A stretch of DNA of 62,216 nt, from positions 62,001-124,216 of the forward strand of contig LVLI01000097.1 of NCBI GenBank assembly GCA_001687465.1, given 5' to 3'. Positions 36,223 through 46,666 of this stretch are shown in pieces (the first letter of the stretch is position 1; each line of letters begins with the position of its first letter). The notes under the pieces are model-generated. The model worked only from the letters and a program-made list of their open reading frames with translations. It ran no database searches and had not been told where the DNA came from. Origin of the DNA: Halocafeteria seosinensis. Its lineage: Eukaryota. The position numbers and the translations under genes were made by a program.

Positions 36223-37255
36223 CTAGTAGCTATAGCTCACACTGTTAGTGAAATGTAACAAAATAGCGCAGCTTTCTTCGAACTCCCTATTCACTGTCTT
36301 TTCGAGGCGTTCTGCTGTCCACGATAAAGTTTCGTCTCCTAGGATTTTTGGTTTGTTTTCATTAATCAAACGCAATGTTGTACGGCGATCGGTATGTTCA
36401 GATAACATACTGGCGCCGTTGATGTCCACATCCGAGAAGGTGTGTGTGACAGTGAAAGGTAGTTTCCCCCACGCTCGAACAACAGATAATCCCAACTCCC
36501 TGAGCATTTGGAAAAATCGCCCTTCCACACTATCCGTTGCATATACCCGATCAAGAAGTACGTTGGCGAGCAGCTGGTAAGAACCTCCTGGAGTGTGTGA
36601 AATAGCATGTCGAAATGGCGCTCATCATAGACGACATCCGCCGCCAATAGCAGTGTCGTCGACCCGGGAAGTTTCTCTAATTCCACGAGACATCTTCGCT
36701 CGTCTGACTCATTTCCCCAAGTTAGAGGAAGTGTTGTGACATGAGGACCGCATGCTGTCTCATCACCGCATGTATTCGCTTTGACGGATTCTTGGGTTTG
36801 TTTCAACACCTCTGGTACGTCCGTCAGAATCACGTGGGCTCCTTGAAGAGCTGCGACAATGCCGCATAAACCTGTCCCGGTCCCTAATTCAACCACGTTA
36901 ACATTGCAAGGTTTCTCAGAAAAGAGAGGACTAGAAGACGTAACGGGTGAATTTGAATTCCAGAGCGCCAGCAAGGCCCCCAGAAAATACGCTGAGCTCC
37001 ACGTATACGCTCCTATTGCTTTCTGAGGTCTCTCTATTAAGTGGATAACGCGGTCAAGTGATGGGAATCGAAGCTGCATAGACACAACCGGCGTTCATCT
37101 ACACGTAAGTACCTGGATTCCCTAACAGGGAGACATACATGCAGATTCACGGGATCAGCGCGCTGCAAGCGCATGAAATGACACTGCCTCAGTAGTGAGT
37201 TCGTATCAGTTCCTTGGACACCTGTATGGGTTTCTGACCCTTCTCCATTGTCCAT
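36223..37255 (-). CDS. Class I SAM-dependent protein-lysine methyltransferase (METTL21/Methyltransf_16 family); frame disruption near 36535
   Basis: GAYTWSSA, VVELGTGTGLCGI, VILTD, LTWG, LLAADVVYDE. Intron 37138-37074. The conserved R..E..FF C-terminal strand continues in a shifted frame (track ORF 36223-36528). Confidence 0.82.
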
Positions 37256-37652
37256 TCTCTTCGTTTCTTGATCTGTCCCCAGTCCTCCTATCTCTTGTTA
37301 CTACACTACACTGAACTGTACTGCCGACAGTAGATAAGTTCCTCAGTCAGTTCACACTCAGTTTCAATCAGCAAACATACAGTACAATCAACAAACCAAG
37401 CGCATTTTTTAAAAATACACCTTAACGCATACAGTACAGTACATCAGATTCAAACTCCACAAGAACAAGAAAGCGTAGCGGGTGTATTTAATTGCCCCCT
37501 GCGTTATCACGACCTGAGTGGCCAATCTGGGTTAGTTCCACTACTGTACAGTACAACAACTGTATCATTTTGCTGAATACAGTACAACGGTACGTACGTT
37601 GGGCTTGATGGACGGCAGTATTTCGGGCGGTCTGGTGTCTCGCCCAGGTTAG

Positions 37653-37936
37653 CCGTTTGACTTGGTGCATACAGTATACATGTACACTGGGTACAGTACT
37701 TGTACAATGCTACGCTCGCGGTTTGCTCGCTTCAGGTTTGCGGTCGACCGGATTTTCGTTTCGTATGCAATCTCCCCTGTAATCAGTTGCGTATGGCATA
37801 GCCACTCCAAAATACCGGTAAGCTGTTCGCGTTACCTGTGTGCATGGTATTTGTAGCGTTCATGTTGGGCTCCGTTTGAGTTGGGGCATACACAGTATAC
37901 ATGTACACTGGGTACAGTACAATGCTACGCTCGCGG
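37653..37936 (+). repeat. Imperfect ~65-69-bp direct repeat pair with a palindromic core (cagtatacatgtacactg)
   Basis: 37653-37721 and 37872-37936 share ccgtttga(c/g)ttgg(t/g)gcata..cagtatacatgtacactgggtacagtac..aatgctacgctcgcgg. Confidence 0.9.
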
Positions 37937-38947
37937 AGAGTCAGAATGCGCTACAGGAAACGATCGGACTCCCGGATGCCAACTACGAAGGCTACTGGAA
38001 CAAACCGAAGCCACAAAAACACCTGGGCAAGATGTTGCAGAGAGTAGCTACACGGACTCTGAAAGGACGCTGAACCCACAGCAGAAAGCGTTACTGACAG
38101 CATGCCAAGCGAACGGAGCAGCAGCATAGCTATACCCAGCACCAAGGAAGGGATTTACACTAAGCAACGCCGAGTACATGGTAGCACTGCGCCTACGCCT
38201 GCAGTTTTAGAGATCCCCCAAACTAACTTGTGTACCTGGTCATCCGGTAAATGCTTTGGAGAAGGACTAATCGACGAACTGCTGCACCACCCGCTGGGGT
38301 GCGGCAAAGAAGGGAACGCCACGCAAAGGACGCCGTCGTGACGGGATAGCAGTGGAACTGGAGAATTACATCCGCATGATTCAAATGCCAGTGGAGAGAA
38401 AGGTGCTCGTAGACCCGCGAAACGAAGGAGAGGCGAGGACAGTAATGGACCTGGTAGCAAAGGGCCCAACGCGCGCACTGTACGTCGATGTGACAATGCC
38501 AAACCCGGTCACGGGAGACAGACTAGCCAGGACAACAGGAAGACCCCTCACCATCGGGGAGAAGCGGAGAAGATGAAGCGGACAAAATACGGGCGCCTGA
38601 GCGACCACCACACGGCAATTATCCCGTTCGCGACGGGCCGCTTCGGGGAAGACGCAATCAAGTTCCTCAAGATGCGCTGCTGCAACCAGTCCTGGCGTCG
38701 CTGTGGCAGGCTCGGGGCCTTCTCCTCCCGGACTGAGCCTTGACGGTATCCCTGATATTGTTGGCGCTGGCATGGCTCCTGCCTCCTGAGCAAACCCAGT
38801 GTTGTGTTCCCTCACGGCGCTGTCGTCAAAGCTGCAGGAACAGCGGGCCCGTAGCTGCTTAACACGGGCGCATACCGCCCCTCGTCAAGAGGATGCGGTC
38901 AACTCCCCGGCCGGTGGGCTATCTGTCACATATGTGTGTGTGTGTGT
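37937..38947 (+). mobile_element. 5'-truncated, degenerate non-LTR retrotransposon of REL-endonuclease type (CRE-like) ending in a (TG)n tail
   Basis: Frameshifted peptides in canonical order: LSNAEYMVALRLRL, CCHC knuckle CTWSSGKC..DELLHHPLGC, REL core VMDLV..LYVDVTMPNP, EKMKRTKY, IIPFATGRFGEDAIKFL. Tail tgtgtgtgtgtgtgt at 38933-38947. Confidence 0.82.
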
Positions 38948-39044
38948 CCTCGAGAGAATTGTCAGGAAAGCAACGGGCTCCCGCTGGGGAACAAAGGAGA
39001 TGCAAAGGGAACAAAGGAGACGCAAGCTGATGACGGCCTAACGT

Positions 39045-39180
39045 TAACGGCCAAACTGTCAGTCACGTTGATGCGCTAAACGTGAAGATGTCGGACCGAT
39101 TCGGGTAGGGTTCACCTCTCACGCGGCGTAGCGTAGCCTGTAGCAGACACGTCTTCCGGAAGGAGCAATACCAATACGCA
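39045..39180. repeat. Dispersed ~140-bp repeat, copy 2 (inverted relative to 12270-12410)
   Basis: See copy 1; co-linear similarity with the reverse complement of 12270-12410. Confidence 0.8.
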
Positions 39181-39652
39181 CATGCAAGTTGTAACCATCG
39201 TTTGCGCTCAAATAACCCCCCACGCTGAAAGCGTCAGGCGTCAGACCTCACTGGTCAAAGCAAGGTCGCGGAATCGAACCATGAATTGAAACCTCATGAA
39301 ACCTTTGCAGGTTGGAAGGTTGCATGTCAGCAAAGAACGCATGGCATCATATTAAAGCTTTCTTGGTATATTTGCCATACAGAAACTGCCAGAGAAACGA
39401 AAATCTGTTTGGGAAGCGGCGAACTAAGACCGGGTTGTACCAGGCAATTCAGAATCCGGCCTACGCGAGAAGGCGAGCTAGAGCTGGCTTGCTCAAACAC
39501 ACAGGCTATATATCGTACTGCTACGTAGGATGTATCTTCCAGACCGGAACGACCGGAAAAATTCTCTTTAATGCACCTTTCTTCACAACTCTGTACGATA
39601 CTTATCCGTTGGATTTGTCCACAACTTCGAAGTCATGATTTGCGGGCCACCT

Positions 39653-39682
39653 GGCCGGTGGGCTATCTGTCATGTGTGTGTG
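39653..39682 (+). mobile_element. Isolated 3'-terminal fragment of the CRE-like element
   Basis: ggccggtgggctatctgtca is identical to 38909-38928 and is again followed by (TG)5. Confidence 0.7.
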
Positions 39683-39813
39683 ACAATTGTATTGTCTCCT
39701 GCTTAGTGCATACGCAACAAAGAAAAGCGTTACTTCCACGAAAAAATTCAAAATACAAATACTGTATTCCTATTCCACATATACCAGCATCCGGATCGGC
39801 AATCTAAGTCGAC

Positions 39814-41604
39814 ATGGGAAAAGTTAACGGAGACAAGAAGAGAGCACTTTACCGGAAGTACATGGAGTGGATACAGTCCAACCTTGAAAAAATATTGAAA
39901 GAAGGGTTTAAGGATGAAGAAGTTCTCGCTGAGTTTCGGAAATCCTTTGACATTATCTGCGGAATCGAAGTCCCAGACGCGAGCGACTACGTAATCCAGC
40001 ACACTGTCCTCACCAGCCTATGTGTACCCTTTCTTCGTTCACTTCCTGGATCTCTCGCCTTTCTTAGAGTACGCGACGTTGAGCCTTACTGTGAGATTCC
40101 CCCTGACTGTTCCTTGAGCGCTTCTTTTCTACACATAGCTGCTCAACGAATGGCTAAAGACGATCACCAGGATTACTCTGAGAGAGAAGTCTTAAGAAGG
40201 AAACACGCCCTGAGTGACGACGAGTGTGGCACTCTCAATGATAGCGAGAGTATCAACAGTTGTGATGGAGGAGGGGAAAGTCCTGTTGATGGTACTGACG
40301 AAGATTTCCCTGAGGATCGCGGCGAGGATTCAGGGCTAACTCCCCCATTACACAATGGGTGCCGTCGGAACCTCCAAATGACACGAGTGAATCTCCTTGT
40401 GAACAGGTTTGAGATTCCTCTTGATATTACTGATGCCGTAAGTTTTCCCTTTCTTGACGATTATTCGCAGCAATATGATGCCACATGTCACAGATGGGAA
40501 ATACACCCCTACACTACGCATGTGAAAGCAAGGGATTCAACATGCACCTGGCGGTGACAGAACTCGTGAAATTGTCAAGGCTTTTCGGTATTTCATTAGA
40601 TGCAGTAAATAATGTCTGTGCTAATACCACCGTCAAAATTCCAGTGTTTCGAACGAAATGAATCCATATCTCTCTGCAGAATGGAAAAACGGGGCTCCAC
40701 CTTGCTGTTGCCAAGACGAAAGCACTTTGGCTCTATACACGCTATGTTTGTAATGGCACATATCTCTCATGTTATACCTCGGAGACGCCCCCGAGAAAAG
40801 ATGCCAAATTTGTACTCGACATCGCTGATATCACTGTTTCCTGCCTCCTCAGATATGGGGCAAGTGTGGACGTGAAAGATGATGTAAGCCACAGCGGTGG
40901 GCAAGACTACGTACACAATAATATCACTATCTTAGAAGTTTACTAGTTCCGGTTGCAGAAAGGAAGAACATCCCTTCATGAAGCTTGCCGGTCTAAGCAA
41001 GTGAAGCAAGGCTATGCTGCGGAAAAAAACATTGAGGCAATGGACAAGGTCGTTGATATTCTGCTCCAAAAGGGGAGCAAGGCTGATGCGGAGGACAATG
41101 TAAGCACTAGCGAAGGACTACAGTATCACCTGCAGAAGGACAATGCTTCAAATCGCGGTTAGATGCAGAGCGGAATGACTCCCCTTCACCACGCCGCGAG
41201 GCACGCAGACTCAAAACTACTTTTACGTCTCCTGACAAAGGAATGTATGGTCTCTCTGATAAACCACCAAGATCATGTAGGTCCATGCTTTAAATCATGG
41301 CATGCAACGTTTCTAAATGTGTGCTGATGCGTTATCGCAGCGGGGCAAGACTCCTCTACATTACCTGTGTAAGCGAGGATTGCGGAATGTAGTGAAGCTC
41401 TGTCATGGCCTTGGGGGCGACTTCCACATTAAAGACAAAGTAAGAAGAACTACTCAGACGATGATCGTCACTGCTATGAAGGTGAATGATCTGCAGAGTG
41501 GGAGCACACCAATAGATGTAGCTACAGTGGGACCATGGGGTAGGAGTTCCACCGAAGCCTTTGTGGAACAGGCGTGCGGCAAGCGGCATCGGACTGAAAC
41601 CTAA
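39814..41604 (+). CDS. Ankyrin-repeat protein, copy B (7 exons, same architecture as copy A)
   Basis: Exons 39814-40437, 40494-40613, 40680-40883, 40959-41099, 41169-41276, 41341-41439, 41497-41604; all phase 0. N-terminal domain shared with copy A (RALY..YM.W, PFLRSLPG.L.FL, LLV.RFE.PLD). Confidence 0.88.
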
Positions 41605-42021
41605 AGTGCACGAAACCATCAGGTATTATAGCTGCTCTGTAACCAAACGGCTCATAGTTTACCAAGTTTTTGCGGGACGCTGTCACAATTTTATAATTTC
41701 TTAATTGTACATTGTACAACAGTATGTGATTCCTATAGGTACAAGCATAGCGTTAACCCAAAGTACTTCAAATTGTTTAAGCGATTTAATAAGACCCCCC
41801 CCCCCCCGGAAACATTGAGAAGAAGATACAAACTGCTTGCCAAAATACGGTTGTTGTGTAGTCCATATACCATATTTCGTATCGCCCACGTTATAATGTT
41901 GCATGGGTGAAGTATTGGGACATGTGGTACATGCAGGCAATTAAATAAGTGCACATGTGCCACGAGGTACTACACAGGGTATTCTTTTATCAAAAACGAT
42001 TGACGACTGTGCGTATGCTTA

Positions 42022-44619
42022 TTACTCTCCGTCCCGTAATTTGAGAAACAAGCGTTTGAGTAGCCGCGCTTCGTAACTGACATTATTCTTCTCATTATCC
42101 ACTTCGGGGTCGTCCTCTGTTTGGGCAATCACTGCATCAGCACAAGCACAACGTCGCAGACGTAGACGAACACGTTGGAAACAAACATTGCGGAATATCG
42201 AAGGGTTAGCAAGCAGCACTTACACGTTGGTATTTCTCGCCCATGACTCTCCGCGGCATCGAAGAACGACAGAATATCTTCGAAGAGACTGTCCTTCAAG
42301 ATCATCATATTCTTGGCCAAAGTTTCTGCCAATCCTAAGAAGCATCTCTTTGCATAGTACCATGTATCTGAATAAAAAAAAGGGAGGAATCAACAACAAC
42401 GGGCGATATAGTGCGAGCATGAGTTGTTCGACTTACCAGCACCTAGCTTCCTCTCGTACGGCTCCAGACTACGCATTACTCGAGAAATTCCGAAAGGGTA
42501 ATTGCCTTTGGCACAATATAGAGTGCCAATTACCAAGTTGACAATACATAGATGGAATACTTGTTCGTCCGGATGTTCCGCAAGGTACCGCTCCTGCGAT
42601 ACGATGAGAAACAGGTCTTTGAAGGAAGGACTACCGTCATCAGCAAAAGGGGGTTCTTACCTCTTCCTTTTCAATTCGGCGCATTAGTTCCTCGGCCTCT
42701 GCATTTTGATTCGTCATAATGTAGCTGACACACAAATTGGCCAATACGATTGCGGTGACATCCAAGAGAGAGTCCATGTGTCTCTTCACAATCGGTTCAT
42801 AGTACGCAATGGCATCGCGAAATTTGCTCTCCTGCAATCCATATCGTGGTATGAAGAAAACTATACCGAGCAGCAACAAGATGAGTTGCTTACTTCCATG
42901 AAGAACGTGTGCGCTACATTCAACTTCCAAGTTTCGTGTTCTGAGCAGAATTCGGCGGATTGGCGGAATATCTTTTCTACCATGGAGTAGTGCTGCCGGT
43001 CCCAGTAGATTTTCGCCATCCTCATAAGAACAGGAATATATCTGCAGAACACCCTTATGCACAGGTTGAACAGGAAATCACCGTGAAATTCTTCAACATA
43101 TATTGTACCTTTCTAAGGCATCGTCATAAAGCTTCAAGCTTTCACGTATGGCGTCGTTGTCCCTCGCCAACCGAGCGTCCTGTATTTGCTTCGTATGCTT
43201 TCTCAGAGCTTCTATATGCTTGTTCGTGAGCATATCGAACTTCCTATAGGCCTCTGAAGGGAACAAGAACGAGCAAGACAAGCAGTCGAGAGTGGGAAAG
43301 AAAGCTGAGGTAAGGTTTACATTACCATACCTGCTGGGCTTGTTTGTACCATGATTGTTGCATCCAAAAACTCGAACAATTCCTGAGAAAGATACTTGAA
43401 TGTTAGGTGAGTGTTTTCCGCCAGAATATCCGCTGCTAGATCGTAGAGTTCGTGCTTGATGTAGAGCAGCAACAGATTGGCAAACGTCTCTGGCGGGAAA
43501 GGAGGGTTCTGTATCAAGAAGTTCAGTTTTCGGAATCCTCCTTGAGGATCCTTGTCCATATTCATGAGGGCAAAATTGTGCAAGGAGACAGGATCAAGCT
43601 CTTCTTCCGACCTGAACCAAACGTATTCAAATTGATACATACGTTTCTCACTCATTTGCAGAGCAGTCAGTGCATACTAACCTTGGTGGCATATCTGACA
43701 ATGCTTCCTTCGAGTTCTCCATATTGCCTAAGTTATATTCAATTGCGCACTTCAAGTTAAATGCTTCCACAAGCGCAGTCTCTCTTAGCGTTTGAGTGTT
43801 CCCGACGCTTCGAACCTGCTATTGGATCGACGACCATGCAACTCCAATCCAGAGTTGTTGAACCCGACGGGAACCACTTACCTCAATCCCGTCTGTGTTA
43901 CTTCCTACTGATAATTCCGGATGTTCCCGTACTCCTTTCTCAATGATTTCAGCGATTAATTTCAATGCTGGTCCGTATTGTTTGAGACAATAATCACAGA
44001 GTGCGACATTGTACGCAAGTTCGGGCTGGTACCCCATGGTGGTCATGGCCTCCTGAAACATTTGCTTGGCCTTTTCATACTCGCCCTCTTTGTACGTGAT
44101 GCTTGCCTGATTAACCACAGTATCTGGTTCATCCTGTGCGCACTGGTCTACTAATGCTTTAGTGCCCGCTAAATCGTCCAATTCGTACTTGATGGCCGCC
44201 TGTAATTGCAGTAACCGATGCGAGTACTCCTCATTATCCACTTTACTGGCCACCTTGAGGGCATCCTCGTAGAGTCCAGCTTTGTACAAACTCTGTGCGT
44301 AGTAAATCTTGTACTCGTCCACTTCCGGGTGGAATCGCACCAATTGTTCATACGTTAACGCTGACGACCGGAAGTCTTGCATGTAATAATAGCAATACGC
44401 CAACAAACTCAGCGCGGCGCGGCTTCGCGGGAAATTCTGCAGTTCCATGGACAAAATTCGCGCCGCCTCCGCGTACTTCTCGTCGCGAATGAAACCGTAT
44501 ATAGTCGCCGTGTAAGTGCCTTCCTGAGGTCCACTGGCGTTGGGCCCAATGTTCATCCCAAATCCGGTCGCAGTGCCAGGAATCCCCGTTCCTGGGGCGA
44601 CCCCTGTTCCCGTTTGCAT
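42022..44619 (-). CDS. IFT70: Intraflagellar transport protein IFT70 / TTC30 (DYF-1, fleer), about 9 exons
   Basis: YTATIYGFIRD, SRAALSLLAYCYY, IIEKGVREHPELSVG, ETALVEAFNLK, EEELDPVSLHN, NPPFPPETFANLLLLY, WKLNVAH, AIVLANLCVSYIM, HLCIVNLVIGTLYCAKGNY.FGISR, DTWYYAKRC, YEARLL. Confidence 0.96.
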
Positions 44620-44913
44620 GCTCCTCTAGCTCTTGATGATTGTGAGAATAAATAGACAAGCAAATGACATGACAATCCCGACTGGTGGAAGCACTCTTCC
44701 TTTCCTGAGGTGCAATTTGCAAAATGGAAACTGGAATGAATAGAAAGTGAAAGAAAAGATTGTTCGACCGTTAACCTTGCTCATTTGAACTTGTGGTGTT
44801 TAAACAGAGCATTATGATTGTTTTGGGGAGTGTCCGGTGAAATTGGAGAGAGTGTACATATGGATGAGAAAAGCCGCATGCGTACAGGGGAAAAAAGACT
44901 CAGGTGAAACGGC

Positions 44914-46644
44914 ATGGAAAGCAAGAAACCCGAGGAGGAAGTAGAATCGGCCCCGGGCGAACGGCGTCGCGAGAGACGTTCGCGTTCCCGAAGGCATAGA
45001 GACTCCTCCGGAGCTCCCGCCGCCGGATCTAGACGCTATGTAGGTCCCCCAACAAGTTCGCAACCCTCCGCTGGAGCGGCGAACGAGGAGCAAAGCAACC
45101 GCGACGAGGAATCGGAAGTCGTTGGAATTCGACGTCAAGGGCAGAAATCCAGACATGATCGAAGAAGTTCGACTAAAGGCTCTGAAAAACCCGAAGAAGA
45201 TGATGATAAGCGCGGCTCAACTGAACGAGGACGGAGATCGAGACAGCGCCGAAGTAGACGCGAAGGGGAACAGGAAGCCGACGAGGGACGAGAGAAAGAT
45301 GAGCAAGAAGCTCCAGCAACTCCTTCAAAAGGAGATGAAGATACACCCGAACTGAAAGATGGGGAGCCCAAAGAAACTAAGAGAACAGAACCAAGAAGTC
45401 GGCGTGGGAGAAGGAGAGAGAAACACCGAGAGAGCGCCGAATCTTCTGCCACCCAAAGATCTCAAACACCACGCGGGGGCAGACGTGGACGGCGAAGACA
45501 GAAGGACAAGGGAGAAGCTGAAGAAGGACCACTGGATCGTCAAGCGGATGCTGACTATGTTGAAAATGAAGACGAAGGAGAATTCGAAGAGGAAGACCAC
45601 ATAGCCCAGGAGGTTACAGCGTACATGCCACTACCTCCATCAGTAATGGATGTCGTCTTCGGCAGCGGCTACTTGCTAACCGACAAACCTCGTCTTCCGA
45701 AATTTTACGTTGATATGGGAGATAGTAGGAGAAGTGACATTGACAGACAACTCCAAGAAAATATTGATGAATATGGCGCACTTCCTGACGCCAGAAGCAG
45801 GAGGGCTGCCAAGGAGCGAGAAAGACAGCACCTACAACATGGAACATTTCACCACGTCTGGGTAAAGATCTCCTCTTGGTTCCGTACCCTCCTGCTGGGT
45901 CATGGCATCGATGCTTACGCTCCTCTACCTCAGGGTGTTATAGCAAGTCGACTGATAAAGCTACTTATTGGTATTACTGTTCTTTTCGTGTTGACCTCCT
46001 TGGAAGTACTCTGCCTGTTTGACAATTTCTGCTTTGAACGGAGCTCTGCTACGGTTTCGGTACTTGCATCCAGAGTCGTATTTCCTGGAAGTGCTGTAAT
46101 CCTTATAATCCTAGTCCCGCTGAACGCTGTGGCAGCTTCCATATACAGACGAGGGATGATAGGAGTGATGTTTTTCATCGACGCTATTGCTACAATCCTC
46201 TTAATTGTGGGCTCTATAATTGCGTTGTCGGATAGTCGAGGAGAACAGGTAGAGTACGTAGCCAGTGCTCGTTGCGAGTCTGAGTTTTGCTTGCTGATGA
46301 GTTCCTTGCTCCTTTTTTAATGCAGAAGGCTTGCTCGGGAGCAATGGGAGCGTTTTGGACCAACTGAACGAGCGTCATTTGATGGCAGGTTTCAGAAGTT
46401 TGAAAATGAAGTGAAAGCAGATTTTGCTACTGTAGGATCGCTAACATTAGTTGTTGGCGTGATAACGGGTTTGATTGCTCTTCTCCTGGGAACATTATTC
46501 TGGATACTGTCTACCTTCAAGAGCAACGAGGAATATATATGTTGCGGTCTGTTCGGCTCGTCGCGAGCAGACCCCAGACGTCAGGAAAAAGAACCCTCAG
46601 CCCAACCTCAAAGCGACGCAGGGGGGCCTCAGGGGGTAGCATAG
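44914..46644 (+). CDS. Hypothetical membrane protein: long Arg/Glu-rich disordered N-terminus plus four predicted TM helices (tetraspanin-like topology), 2 exons
   Basis: A GTACGT..GCAG intron (about 46254-46325) joins the 468-aa ORF to ERLAREQWERF..KADFATVG. Three TM segments lie before a loop and one after it. Confidence 0.7.
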
Positions 46645-46666
46645 GGTTCGTTTTGTATGGTGGATA

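Noticed and set aside
37745..37825. Hammerhead ribozyme on the minus strand (ctgatta ... gaaac)
   Set aside because: The core deviates from CUGANGA and no stem II forms between the motifs.
41795..41808. Poly-C run
   Set aside because: An isolated homopolymer in intergenic DNA with no associated structure.
7880..44619. Functional clustering of a tubulin glutamylase with IFT70, which affects ciliary polyglutamylation
   Set aside because: They are 30 kb and many unrelated genes apart; chance is sufficient.
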